62,152 nt of DNA, filler included, from Ionaspis alba (GCA_964255285.1; 6 parts of 6 records of this genome joined end to end with filler, not necessarily neighbours in it), one strand, 5' to 3'. Counted from the first letter of the whole stretch, positions 10,474 to 24,300 are shown. Notes: generated by a model not told the origin, from the letters alone. A program made the numbers and translations.

Positions 10474-11466
10474 TCTCCCTCTTTCCCAAGGGCATCCTCC
10501 CAGACGGCCATATGAACTCCTTCCACGCCGGCGACGTCTACCCCGGCGACGTAAGCCCCTCTCTCCCCTCCCTCATCACCTCCCCACTAAATCCTCCATC
10601 TTTCCCCTAGTACGACCCCGCATCCCTGCAATACATGCTCGACTTCTTCCGCACCGTCGCGCAAACCATCCCCTCCAGCTCCCCCTCTCCCAGCTCCGAA
10701 ACACCCCATACGCCACATCCGACCTCAAGCGTCGAGCCCTCGATCCCCGGGTCGGCGCGGGACATGCTCCAGGACCGGGCGGGGATTATTGTCCTGCGCG
10801 AGGATCTGGATTTCTATGCCATTCCCCCCAAAGCGGAGATCGAGCAGCCGGAGATGATCGAGGTGAAGCGCGCGGCGGGACGGGCGTTGTTGGCGCAGGA
10901 TGGGATTTTTTCGGGGCTGAGGAGGAGTGAGGAGACTGGGACTACGGAACAGCATTTGATTGAGATGTTGACGGCTGGGTAGGTTTTCTTATTTTTCCTC
11001 TTCTCCTTGCTTTTTTTACTTCCCCGGAGCTCGTGGTGGTTGGTTTTAGGTGATGGTCCCGGGAATTGTGCTGATGCTGGATAGTGGGTTCAATAATGAT
11101 GATACGTGGGGCCATCGTGCCGGCGAGCCAAATAAGGCGGTTATTTGCAGTCTGGCGCTTGCAAGACTGCGCACGGATATCAGGGGTGGGAGCTCGGAGC
11201 TGGCGAATAGTAATGCGGTGGGCATGGCGCAGAAGCTGTTGTTGTTTTGGCGGAAACCGGCGAGGAGGTGTTGGTGGGAGGGAATCGAATTGGAGAATGT
11301 GGAAGGGGTGGAGGGGGGGAAGTTGAAGGTTTGGATACGGAGGGTTTGGACTTTGGAGATGGTGAGTTCTTTTGTTTTTTATTTTCCCCGTTGCTTTGGT
11401 GCTGGAATTGTGCGTCGAGAAATTTGTGGCTGACTTCTTGATTAGAGTGTTATAGGACTGCGTTAG
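10474..11466 (+). CDS. WHI2: Whi2-like growth regulator/phosphatase activator, 5'-truncated; introns 10551-10610, 10979-11084, 11362-11445
   Basis: YDPASLQYMLDFF, IIVLREDLDFY, EQHLIEMLTAGGF, KLLLFWRKPARRCWW and KVWIRRVWTLEMSVIGLR* are characteristic Whi2 motifs. Splice sites are canonical. Confidence 0.88.
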
Positions 11467-11791
11467 ATGGATTGGGAAAAGTTGGGAGGTGGATATGTTT
11501 AATGGCACAGGATAGCGAGCGCTGTATGCGTTACTTTGTTGTGCGGGTCTGTGGACTGGAAGCGTAGAAAGGCAGCGATTATACATAGTGCGGCATTTGT
11601 TTACCTTTGAAAAGCTCTGCCTTTCATGGATAGGCAGGAAGTCTTAGCTAGGTCCGATAGCATTTCTCAAAATCCAAGTCTTATAGCCTGTCTTACTCTA
11701 CTCTCGTACTGAGCTCTTCACATTCGTCGTATAGACTCGAGTGGTTTCAAGATATGGTCTCATTTTTCCACTTCTTGGCACAACTCGATGT

Positions 11792-14052
11792 TTACTCATC
11801 CTCACTATCACTACCATCTCCAAAGATAGCTCGAAACACAGCTTCACCCGGCCTCTCCTTCTCCAGAGCCTCATTCCTCTCAGGATCAACAACCACCCTC
11901 TCCACCTCCTCAACCTTTACCCCCTCTCCGCCAAGCATTCCTCTCTCCAACTTCAAAGCCTCCATCTCCCTCTCTCCCACAAGTTCCAACTTTCCCTTCC
12001 TCTCCCCCTCCCTACTCTCCGCAGTCTGGAACCCACCATATTGGAACCTGCTCCCAAATCCTCCTACATCCACGCCCGTCCCTGCACTCCTCGCCGCAGC
12101 ACCACCACTCTGCGCCCCAGCCTCTCCCTCCGGCATAACGTGCTCCGGCACCCTGACATTAAACCTCTTACAAAGCAACCTACTCGGATAAAAAACCTTC
12201 ACCTCCCTCGTCAACTGCCCAAACATGCCCAACCTAGCCGCCTCCTCCGCCGGATCGCTCTTCTTCACCGGTCTAGACAACAGCTCCTCATTCTCGACTT
12301 TCACAGCCGGCGCACCCCCCGAATTCGAAGACGTGAACCGCGATGCCATCATTCCGGACATGGGCTTGAAGATCGTGGCCGAGTGTGCGAATTCCCGCAT
12401 TTCGTTCGCCCAGTCCTCGTCGCTGGTGCCCGGAGCGCGATCGGGGAGGCCGGGGCGTATGTTCGCGGAGATGGAGAGGAAGGTTAGGTAGCGGGCGCGT
12501 TTGGTAGCGTCGGTTGCGTAGGGGGTCCAGCCTGTGGAGGCCCGTGCAAGGGCTGTGGAGGCGAGGCGAGGGGAGAGGGGTGGGATGAGGGAGGAGGAAG
12601 AGGAGGTGGTGGATGGGCTTGGAGCTGGGACATAGGTGCTGGGAGGGGGTTCGGCGCCTGCGGCAGGGAGGTTTGGATTTTGGGTGGCGGTTGCGAGGCG
12701 GGCTCGGGCTGAGGGCGTGAGGTAGTCAAAAACTGACTTTGAAGGAAGGGGTGTCTCGCCGAGGAGGTTGGCGCGGGTCGTGGGATTATGGGCTGTTGCC
12801 TGGGATTGGGAGGAGGAGTTGGGAGTGTTTGAGGGTTTGGAAGATTGCGTAGATGGAGTTCTACTGGATTTCCAGTCTGCTGGGATGATCGGAGGTGGAT
12901 ACTTGGTTTCATGGTCAGGTTTGAGAGGCGTTGAGAGGATGAAGCCCGGGAGCGGCAGGCGGCCGTCGTGGCAGCGCCGGAAGCCAGTCGAGGAGGTTTT
13001 GCTCGCTTTCTTAGAAATGAAGATAGGTTTGCTGCGGAGGAGAGGGTTCGAGGATGAAGTGAGTTGCGTTTTGCTCGTTTCGAGATTGGGCTTTTTCTTC
13101 TTCTTCTTGTCCCCGCCGATGATGCGATTGTAGGAAATCTGAGGGCCCATGTGGTACGGGTCTTCGTCGTCCGAGCCGTTGTCATTGAGGATGCCAACAC
13201 CAAAACCTCCACGGCGTGCTTGAGGCCTTGGCTTCTGTTTTGCGGATTTGGAGGTGAAAGCGTCCTCTTGGTCGGATGAGGCCTGCTTAGCCTCCTTTTC
13301 AGTACCATTCGTAGAATTATCGGTTAATCGACCTTCCCCTTCGAATCCCAATCCTTTATGGTCGTTCTTGCGGACGAACGAAATCATCTTTGAGTTTTCG
13401 GGAGCAAATAGATGCGTTTCCTGGCCATCTGTGTTCCCCTTTCCGTCCTCATCATTTAGCCGCGCTTTTCTCCGTACTTTTGGGCCAACACCCTGTCCAT
13501 CCTTCCAGCCCATTTTCCGAAGCAGCTTAACCCCCATAGTATCTCCAGTGACCCTCAATATGTCCATAAAAGCTCCTTGCCGTAAAACTTCCTCCTCAGT
13601 CGACCCGATACCTGCAAAGGAATCTGACGTTGCCAATTTCTTCGATTCCTCGGCATCAGCAATATCCTCCTGGTCCATAAAGTCTTCCGGTCTCTGTTGA
13701 ACTGATTGAATATCCTTCTTTCGGTTCGATTTTGACGATACGAAGGCAGAAGGAGTCCATCCCTCCTTAGATCCAACGGTATTGAAATAACTATAGGTTC
13801 TGATCAGCGACTCGCAAATTGAAGAGAACCAAAGGATCATACTGACCCTGCACTAAAGCCGCCTGTGAAAGCTCCATGAAGTCTCTTTCGGCCCCTCTCG
13901 TCTGTGACTTCTTGTTTCCAGACCGGTACATATGATCCATCATCCCGGACCTCTGAATCAAGCGGTGGAAGCGGAGTTCCATATATCACGTACGGTGATT
14001 GCTGTGCTTGGAGGTCTGCTTCGAATGTTGCACGCGATCGTTTGTAAGCCAT
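11792..14052 (-). CDS. G-patch domain protein, GPATCH1/DUF1604 family; intron 13791-13846
   Basis: N-terminal [38 protein letters not shown]-patch [19 protein letters not shown]-terminal [13 protein letters not shown] and FRAIFGD. Confidence 0.9.
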
Positions 14053-14649
14053 AGTCAGTGACTTTCGGCATCCTTGATGGCCGCAATAATCGTCCTCGTA
14101 CGGGTTTGCTGGGTTGTTATGAGGCTGGAATGAAGCTTTCGGGCCAAGCTCGCTGGAATTGCATACCGACAGAAGATCTACAGACGCCGTATATTACACG
14201 CAATGTTATTGTAATATTCTTTGGCGGAACTAGATCAGGAAGGATCGTCCTTTGTTGGTATCCGGTCGACAAATTCAACAATATTCTAATCGATTTCGGC
14301 GGGTATATGTCACCGTCTCGATTTAAGCATAGCTCGTAGATGCCGCAACGTATCCGCGACAGCAACGTCGCTTAGCCAATGGTCATGTCGGTCCAGCCCT
14401 CTGGCCTGAGCTTTCCCAACCTCTGCACATAGCAAACAACTTCATGCTCCTGCAAACAACAGTCATTGTCTGCACCTGCCTCTTGTGAGCTCGCTATTTT
14501 TTTCAGTCACAGAGGCATTGTGGTTTCATCGCGGTTTCGAGAGCTTGACTGGGAACGTCGCAGCCTGAGCTGCTGGTGCGAGTACTTGTCCCTTACAAGG
14601 GCCTGGGAAAGGCGACCGTGATAGGCTACGATAGATGCAAAGCTCGACA

Positions 14650-17600
14650 ATGTCCGCTGCTACTACAGCTGCTCCCTCGGTGGTGCGCAGTACTTCGCGT
14701 CGCCAGCAGTCCTACAATCCTCCAGCCTCTGCAGCCTCTGAACGACACCAACGAACTCCTTCATCAACTACAAGAACGCCTACAAACCCTGTGGAGCCAC
14801 ACCGCCAAGAGTCCCAGTCTCAATCAAACGGTCGAGGTAATTCTGCATCACAGTTGTCATCCCTTGCTGGTGTAGCGCGCCGGGACTACGAAACAACGAA
14901 CCTTGCTCGCCCTCCATCATCTAGACGCAGCTCGTCGAGGGACAGATCTAGTGCCGCACCACCCTCTTACTCCCGAACGGAGTCCAATCGAGGCACACAC
15001 CGCAGTACCTCTAAATCTGGGCACGTACGGTACAGCTCAGATATGACAGGCGCTGTGGCAGCTTCCAATGGTGGTCCGACGCCTGTTGCAGCCTCAAGTT
15101 CAGGAAGATCGCAAGGCGACGGGGCTGGACGCGGAGGGCCTCCACCTGTGAAGAGAAGGACGACTATTGAGACTCAGACAGGCGAGTGGTCACTAGGCAA
15201 AACCATTGGGGCAGGAAGTATGGGGAAGGTGAAGCTGGCCAAAAATATGGAGACAAGTGAACAGGTAGGTTTGGTACACTCAATGCTTGGGAAGTTGATC
15301 AAGCCACTAATAGATTATTGTTCATTAAGGTTGCTATCAAGATTGTGCCAAGACAATCCACAGATGAACATCACAGTCCCCGAGACCGCGAACGAGCAGA
15401 CCATTCCAAGGAGATAAGAACCGCTCGAGAGGCCGCAATTGTTACACTACTCAATCATCCATATATCTGTGGAATGCGGGATGTAGTCCGCACGAACTAC
15501 CACTGGTACATGCTCTTCGAATATGTGAACGGAGGCCAGATGTTGGACTATATTATCTCTCACGGCCGACTCAAAGAGAAACAAGCCCGCAAATTCGGCC
15601 GGCAAATCGCGAGTGCCTTGGACTATTGCCATAAAAATAGTATCGTGCATAGGGATCTCAAGATTGAGAATATCCTCATAAGCAAGACAGGAGATATCAA
15701 AATTATCGATTTTGGTCTTAGTAATTTGTTTTCTCCCAGGAATCATCTGAAGACATTCTGTGGCAGTCTTTACTTTGCTGCTCCTGAACTTCTTCAGGCT
15801 AGGCAGTATACGGGACCGGAGGTGGACATCTGGAGTTTTGGGATTGTGCTATACGTCCTGGTTTGCGGCAAGGTTCCCTTTGATGATCAGAGCATGCCGC
15901 AATTGCACGCAAAGATCAAAAAGGGTCTTGTGGATTATCCGGCATGGCTGTCTGCAGGTACGTCGTTATATGGCATAATCGCTATCCCTTGGTGCTGATT
16001 TTCCGACAGAGTGCAGAAATCTAATTTCCAAAATGCTCGTTACTGACCCCAAACAACGAGCAACCCTTGCAGAGATCATGAATCATCCTTGGATCACCAA
16101 AGGCTTCAATACGCCACCAGACAACTTCTTGCCACCTCGGAAACCGCTGCAACTCCCGCTGGATGATTCAGTAGTTGAGAAGATGACAGGCTTTGACTTT
16201 GGTTCCACAGAATTTATCACCAGAGAACTGACAAAGGTGATCGAGTCGGACGAGTATCAAAATGCGGTTCGGCTCAATTCGCGAGAGCCTGAGGTCATTC
16301 CTCAAGTCGGCAGCGAGAAGAAGAGAGGGGTTTTTGACTTCTACAAACGGCGGAACTCCACCAGCAGAGACACCTTGCCAAATGCTTCGGCTGAAGCTGT
16401 GCAATTCGGATCCGACCCCGTCAACGCCTTTAGCCCTTTGATATCTATCTATTTCCTGGTCAAAGAGAAACAGGAGCGGGAACGGATGGAAGCGAATCCG
16501 GGCGCATTAAGTATCCCTAGGTCTCCTGGCGAGCAACCACTCAAGATACCCGATCTACCCGCTCCGGAGGCGGCGTATACTAATAGCGCCGCATATGAGA
16601 TGGCAGGTGAAAAGCCGACGGGAGGCCGTTCGCGACCGCGAGCGAGGACTCATGGGGAGGACGAAATCACGGAGGGTGTAAAGAAGGTTCATATTCCCAG
16701 TGGTCAAGTCTCTCCGGCTCCTATGACAACTCCTCTACCTCAGCAAGCCTCCCTGAAGAAAGAGAGTATGGCTGGAGGAATACTGCGCCGCTTGAGTACC
16801 AGAAGGAACAAGGAGTCTCCTCGTGAGCGAGTAGACACGCAACCCCCACCGTCGTTGCAATTGCAACCACCGACCGATAGCGCGACACCACCGCGAAAGA
16901 GCTTCAGCGTGCGAAGATCGCGCAATAGAGAGTCTTCATTGTCACCGATGATACACTCTGCAGGAAGTCAGCCCCATCAACCTGTGTTGTTGACACCACC
17001 TACTTCGGGAGGCATGGTATCGCGAGCTGGTAACAAAATACTTGGCCGATCAACTAGTGTCAATTCTGCAGACTATCGCCGGAAGACGCCACGCAGAGGT
17101 GTCTCCGAAGGATTACCTCCAACTTCGGCTAATGATCCTCCGCTCACGAGTGGCTCTGAGCGATCCAGCATTACCGGTCCGAAGGTGAAGATCAGTGAGC
17201 CAGCCTCGGTCGAACAAAAATCTGATCTCAATTCTCGCATTCCATCGACACGAACGAAGTCTCTTGGCCACGCTAGACGCGAAAGCATCCAAGCACGTCG
17301 TGCACGACGAGACGAAACGAGACAGTCAAATGTGCCAGAAGAAACTGACCAAGAGATGGGTGTTGGCGATGACTTGACTGATCAAGAGCAAAGTGGCGAG
17401 CCCATGAAACCTGTCTATCTCAAAGGGCTGTTCAGCGTATCAACCACAAGCAACAAGCCATTGCCGGTCATCAGGGCAGACATCATAAGAGTATTGAAGC
17501 AACTGGGCGTCAACTACACGGAAATCAGAGGAGGATTTAGCTGCCGCCACGCTCCCAGTATTGAGTTAGGTCGGAACGACGAGAAGAGCCCGGCAAGTCC

Positions 17601-17997
17601 CGATCGTCGTAGTTTTGCAAGTCCCAACCACCGACGGCGGATCAGTTTTGGTGGTTTCATGGGAGGCGGTGATCGCGACAGAGATGAGATTCGCGAAACA
17701 GAAAAATCACCTCATGTCCCTCGATCTGCTTCCCGACGACGTGGACCGGATGCGAGTTTTACAAATTCTGATGATTCCGAGGAAGACTTGCGACGACGTC
17801 CTACCAACAGACCTGCCGGTGAAACCAGCACTCATGTGGAGAGTGATCTTGGAGATAGCATGGTTCTGAAGTTCGAAATCTTCATCGTTAAGGTCCCTCT
17901 CTTTTCGCTGCACGGCATTCAGTTCAAGAAGGTGGCTGGTGGAACATGGCAGTATAAGAACATGGCGCAGAAGGTGCTGGATGCATTGAGATTGTGA
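14650..17997 (+). CDS. KIN1: Kin1/PAR-1/MARK serine/threonine kinase with C-terminal KA1 domain; introns 15265-15329, 15958-16009 (alternative ATG at 14635)
   Basis: [36 protein letters not shown]1 domain [41 protein letters not shown]. Confidence 0.95.
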
Positions 17998-18671
17998 GAG
18001 GACTATGTTGGGTGAATTTGAGCGGTATTGAGCGTCTGTATCATTATTATCATGGAGGAGGTTAGGTAGGCACATGCTATGAATGCTTCATGTTACGAAT
18101 TTCCTTTTGGTAGTGGAGCAGAATTGCAGCAACGAAAAACTTTGGTATGATGTGAACTTTTGTAATTACCTACCCGCTGGTATATTTTATACATGATGAT
18201 GAGAAGATCAGAAACCCATCTAGGACGTCGTTATATACCTCATCTTCCATGTATTAGAGCCATCAACCCATCTCCTAATATACCAGGTCATACTTCACTG
18301 GCAGTTGTCTATTGTTGTTCATGATATGAGAATTTAGAGACAACAATGCCATTGACACTAGTCCTTAGGGCAGTTATAAGCGAGAAAGTCCCGACTGTCC
18401 GGACAGGGGCAAGGCTTGGCTCTAAAGCAGCTAGGACAAGGATTGAATTGACCCTCCACTTTCCGTGTCTCTCTCCGCGCCTTAATCCCAAACCTCGACT
18501 GTGAATCAAGCGGCGGCCGATCTTCCCCCCCACGCAAACCTTCCTCATTTACTGCAAACATGTCAACCAGATGATAACATCCCCCGATCACCTACTTACT
18601 ACCTACCGTCTACACCATCTTCCTCGACTAATCGCTGCCCTCCTCTTCGTAGGCGGCATATCACGCCAGAC

Positions 18672-20000
18672 ATGCTATCTTCTTCCCAGCACGTCTTTTC
18701 ACATCAACACCAATACCAAGCCGAACCCAGCTGGCTACACCAGCAGCAACAACAGCAGCAGCAGCAACAACAACAACAACACCATCATCAGCAACAGCAT
18801 CAGAACCAGATCAGCCATCAAGATGCTCGAGCCCAAGCAGCGGCTGCTGTTGCTGCTGCGGCCCAGCAGAACCACTACAATAGGATAGCGGCGAGCAATA
18901 ACAACAACAACAACAATAATAATAATAACAATGGCCATGCTCATGGTGGACACGGAATGGGCTCAGATGTGTCCATGGCTAATGGCTTGGACGGGAATTT
19001 TACAGACGAGTTCAGACGGGTCCTGGGCTGGGTTGCCGAGTTGTTGAACGGGAACTCGAGAGAGACAGCCCTGATGGAGTTGAGCAAGAAGAGAGAACAA
19101 GTGTCGGAACTGGCTCTCATCATCTGGCATTCATTTGGTGGGTGGAGGGACTTGCAAGTGCTCGTGATCGTTACTAACGTGCCTGACTAGGTGTCATGAC
19201 TTCCCTGCTCCAAGAAATCATTTCTGTCTATCCTCTCCTCAACCCTTCTCAACTCACCGCCGCTGCTTCGAACAGAGTCTGCAACGCGCTGGCGCTTCTA
19301 CAATGTGTGGCCTCACACAATGAGACAAGAGCACTCTTCCTGCATGGTAGATAATGCCCGTGCACCCACAAAGCCTTGTTCTGACTTTAGACGCTAGCAC
19401 ACATCCCACTATTCCTCTACCCGTTCCTCAACACCACATCGAAATCTCGACCTTTTGAATACCTACGTCTGACATCTCTCGGTGTGATTGGTGCTTTGGT
19501 GAAGAATGACTCGACGGAAGTCATCAATTTCCTGCTGACGACCGAGATCATCCCTCTATGTCTTCGCATTATGGAGACCGGATCTGAGCTGAGCAAGACT
19601 GTGGCTATCTTCATTGTGCAGAAGATCCTCCTCGATGATCTTGGCTTGGGATATATCTGTCATACCTACGAACGATTCTACGCTGTTGGAACGGTCTTGA
19701 GTAATATGGTCACGCAATTGGTTGAGCAGCAAACTGTGCGTCTGCTGAAGCACGTGGTGCGATGTTTCTTGAGGTATGTTGATCGCTAGCGACTGATACT
19801 CGATCTAATTAATGTCATCCAGACTAAGCGACAACGCCAGAGCTCGAGAGGCTCTCCGACAATGTCTTCCCGAACCCCTAAGAGACGCAACATTTTCCTC
19901 AGTTCTCCGAGACGACGCAGCGACCAAGAGGTGTTTGGCTCAGCTTCTGATCAACCTCTCCGACAATGTCGTCGACACAGCCAATAATTCAGGGATGTGA
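18672..20000 (+). CDS. RCD1: Rcd1/Caf40/CNOT9 subunit of CCR4-NOT; introns 19138-19190, 19347-19397, 19774-19822
   Basis: [85 protein letters not shown]. Confidence 0.95.
18741..18932 (+). repeat. CAG/CAA, CAC/CAT, GCN and AAC/AAT triplet tracts encoding polyQ/H/A/N in the Rcd1 N-terminus
   Basis: Directly visible triplet runs. Confidence 0.9.
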
Positions 20001-20760
20001 ACGGTTGAGAAGTGGGTAAAATTGCACAAAGCACCTTTCGAAGTAGAAGTGGATCCATAGAAACCTCCGTTCCTCGAATGGATGACGGATTGTACAACAA
20101 ACAAACAAACAAAGCATCGCATCAACGTCTAGCGCGGTGGAAGGGGGGCCAGTACGGTTATGATACAGAGATACCAATTTCCTTTTGCGTGCAACGCCTG
20201 GTGGTGCAAACAAAACGACTCTGCTATTTTCGCGACGATGGTATCTGAAAGAAGGAAGGAAGGAAAAGCACGCTATTGATCATCGGCACGTTCACTCTCG
20301 GCGTTTGTTATTTTCTCTTTCTTGGATTCTGAGGTGGTTGTCATGCTTTTGACTGGCCATCCTTTTTCGTGCTTGCTTGCTGGCTGGCTGCAAGGATTTA
20401 CCTGGAGGGGGATTTATAGAAGCAAGATCCGGTTCTATGTTGATATGTTCTTTTAACTTATGGGATTGTTTTCGCTGGGGCGAATTGGGGGAAGGCAGGG
20501 AAGGGAGGGATTATGTACCTTATTGCTTTGTAGACTCGTTCATGATACCACCTTGTTGCCTTTTGCGCCTCTTTCGCCACACTGGTTTCTGCTGATCCAA
20601 CGGAATTGCCGATGGCCGCCGTAGACATTGTCGTCAACGTACCGGACCCAGAACCCGTCATCGAAACCACCAATTGACCTACCCCCAAATCAGCTCACAA
20701 CCTTCCCAGCCACTGACCGCAACGGACAAACTCACCGAAGCAGTCACCCCCTCCCCCACC

Positions 20761-20860
20761 NNNNNNNNNNNNNNNNNNNNNNNNNNNNNNNNNNNNNNNN
20801 NNNNTTAATTAATTAANNNNNNNNNNNNNNNNNNNNNNNNNNNNNNNNNNNNNNNNNNNN
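20761..20860. other. Artificial contig spacer
   Basis: 44N-TTAATTAATTAA-44N. Confidence 0.98.
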
Positions 20861-21357
20861 GCGACCACGGGCTTCCATCATTCTTCCCATTCTTTCGTGG
20901 GGGGAGAGGGGGGAGAGATGGGCTGAGGATGGGGAGGGGACGAGGTAGGATGGGTGAATTTGGTAGGCGTGGAGGAGGAGGAGGAGGCTGGGAAGATTTC
21001 AGCGATAGTTCCGACTTTTCCGATTTCTCTGACTTTTCCGATGTCTCTGACTTTTCCGATGGGAGTTCTGATGAGGGTTTATTCGGTAGAGGAGGCCGAG
21101 ACAGGGGAATGGGACCTTTCAGTCGGGCAGGGATGGCTGTTAGGATGTATAGAGGAGACCGTGCCACCCTGGGCAGGGATGGAAGGGGTGGATTTGGAGG
21201 GGGCGGGAGAATGGGCGGACATGGAAGAGGTGGGTTCGGCGCGGCAGAGGCAGGAGGATGGCACCCTGCGGATGAGCATCGGCACCTGGGAGGGAATGAC
21301 GTTTGGACGAACTTGCACGCTGACGAGATATTGAGGGGGGATCGCCGACGTCGATGA
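20861..21357 (+). CDS. 3' end of an RG/RGG-rich low-complexity protein with DFS repeats, 5'-truncated at the spacer
   Basis: Open frame from the contig edge to TGA at 21357. Many RGG/GR motifs and a 9-nt tandem repeat (DFSDSSDFSDFSDFSDVSDFSD) at ~20995-21066. Confidence 0.5.
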
Positions 21358-24300
21358 GTGGGAATCAAGAATTTTTGAGGATTGGTGCATCCAGATGCTT
21401 GTTAATGGGCATGTTGGTACAGTGCAGCGGGCACCGATTGCTTGCCCGACGAACAGTTGATAGCTTCTCAGCGTGCGGGTAAGCCCATAGTGTACTCAAA
21501 ATTGTTGACAAGATTGATCGAGCATGCGGGCCATGCTTCTCCCTGGTAACCCTCCACAGTGAATATGACCAGTACAATAATATTAGTACTGCGACGTGGA
21601 ATGCTTGATTAACCCGGTTCCTGAATTCAAAGGGTTAGGACCAGCGAAGCTGGCAGAAGACTATGAGGAACGAGCACGTGTGGTAAGATCTACAGCCGAA
21701 GTTACCTTGCAGTAGCTGTCTGAGCAAGGCAGAAGTCCCAATTTCTCGTTTGATGTTCCAAGTTTAGCTACCTTGCCGGATTCAAATGTTTTGCATGATG
21801 TTCAATTCTGAGCTTTAACGTATGATAGCCGAGTTCTCCAGACCCTTCCTCAATGGCTACCATGTCGTACATGTTAAACATTGCTTCGCGAAATAGGTAA
21901 TAATCATAAGCACTACAACCTCAAATTAAAGATTACTACAAACCAGAAGATTATGCAAAGCAAGTAGTATGTCGCAAATAGTGGTTGGACCTCTCGGTTG
22001 GAGGCGTCTGCGCAATTGGTACGGTGCAAACAAATTTGATGCTACCATGCAGGTCAGAGGCGAAGAATGCAGCTAGACGCACAATGGTACCATTGCTATG
22101 AAACAGTAGCTCAGGACATCATAATAATAATAGCTAAAGCTCAGCAATAGCACCCTGTTATCTTAACGCAGGCATGAATCTGTTCTCGTTTCTTGTTTAG
22201 GGATCAATCCAAACAAATCGATGTTTTGAGGGGCTTGGAGGTGAGACTATTCATTTCCTCCGTATGTGACTACCTCTTGTAGAAGGGAGAGGCATTGGAC
22301 CGGTGCAGATTTTAGTAAGCTCGGTCTTATCGCCGATACACTGGCTCCGCTCGATCAAAGACGAATGATTCGTCTTGGTCCAGTCAAGATAACGCTTGGA
22401 GGGAAACGAGTATAGGCGATAGCAAAGCCACCACATCGATTCCAGAGTCGCCAAGCGGTAGAATGGCTATCAGGGATTCCCAGGATTGCTGGCTGCTGCA
22501 GTGGATGTCATGCTGGCGACTTCGGCGCGTCTGAGAATAGAGAGAGTTCGAGATGCAGGAAAGACGAAATCAAGAAGAAAAGAGACTAAGGGAAAGCAAG
22601 TCTAGAATGCAGATAAATGATTGGAACAGAGGCAGGCAGAGACACAAATGAGCGACGGGGTACAGTCCCACGGAAAGTTTGGATCAATGGCGACAGAATA
22701 CCCGAAGTCAGCATTGTTTGGATATTAAGACGAATCACTATGTCCGATCCATCTCATCAACGGCAGGCAAATAAGGCTGGCGTGGTCGTGGTGGAAAGTA
22801 GTGAGTAAGGTGTTGACTCGCGCCTTGATAGTTTAGGCTGGCAAGATGATACAGCTCGTGGTTTTCCGGCAACGGTATTGAATCCCGCCTCTCCCACCGG
22901 TTTGGATTTTGGCAAGAATTATGCTTGTATAAAATATGAGGATCAAAAGGCTTGATAAGGTGACGAGGGTTCCCCGGTCCATCCCCTTTTGCTGGTGATT
23001 GTGGCTATCCCATAGCTAATGTGACAAGAACGACACAATGGACATATCAGGAAGTTTCAAGCATGTTTGTGACAGAACATGTGAAAAGTAGAAAGGAAGC
23101 CAGTGGACGCGGTATAGACCGGGTTGAGGAGGAAGCGTTTCTTCGGGATCATAGTTGATTCGAGGGCTGCAACGCGTGGAACTCAAGAGTTCAGCAGAGC
23201 TACCATAGTGAGCACTCGCAGCTGTTCGGACGACTATCGATTTGACAGTCGCCGCTTACTTCTCCCCCGTGCTACCCCAGAGACCACGAGGACCACGAGA
23301 CAAAGTCGTGGTGGAATTATCGTTTCACCAACGGGAGCAATCTAAGTTAGAAAGGGGATGCGATTCCGTTCGCATTATCCATACTAAGTAAGGGTCTCCG
23401 ACAACTGTAAATCCATCCCGAGATGTAGAGCAGAGCAGGTAAGCAAGAATAATGATCAGGAGGAGAGTTATCAAGGTTGATGGCGACATCCTTCACACAC
23501 GAACACCAGACGGAGGTTTAGGGACCTTGCCTAGCTAAGCTGCCTCCGGCTTTAATGCCTATCATTCTTCCCGCTCCCCAGCGAACCGGCAAGGAGTCCT
23601 GCGACGGTCAACCACGAGCGAGCCAGCTATTCCCACCGGGGGCATCCCGAGGAATAGGGGGATCAGTCGCACCAATCGGTCACCTGCAAGCCCGTCAAGC
23701 CCGCTCAAGCCCCCGCGATCCCCCCTGTGCACGGATCTCGCTGCCGAGTGCCCCCGCCGGGAGGCCCTTGATCGGCGACCTGTTGGCCACGTGCAATTAC
23801 TGGGTACGATAGTGGGGTCGGAGGATAGCCCGTGCTCTCGAAACAAACCGTCGAAAGAAGGAGAAAGGGAACGGTCGCTTTCCAAGAAACTACCGCTTTT
23901 GTTGTAGAATTCATTCGCCCCATTCTTCTGTGGAGGCGGTCGTTTTCAGGGTCTACCCATCATCTAATCTATATGCGACCCGCCAGGAGGCATTTTATTG
24001 TCCGAATATCAATTGATTGCAATTGCACCCCGTTGGCTGATTACGATGTGATTCCAATGTGATTCCAGTCTCACGACTATGCCGTGCTCGCTCATCCACG
24101 AGTGCGTCGTACGAGAAGGCTCCTTCAGATCTCACGATATTGCCGGTTGCCTAATGGTCATCTACGCAATGCCGTATCGCTCTGGGCTTCTAGACAAAGA
24201 AAGACCTGCGGAATGTTCCATCCCTCGTGGGCGGTGCTGTCAATACGAAGGATGGAGGGTGACTGGACGTGGGCACCATTCGTCGTGAAGGGCCTTCTTC

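Noticed and set aside
11741..13700. Long antisense and alternative-frame ORFs over the G-patch gene (similarly over KIN1, MSF1 and the 41.7-42.6 kb gene)
   Set aside because: Shadows of GC-biased or low-complexity coding sequence with no independent motifs.
20458..20760. Possible 3' end of a minus-strand gene at the contig edge
   Set aside because: Too short and featureless to support.
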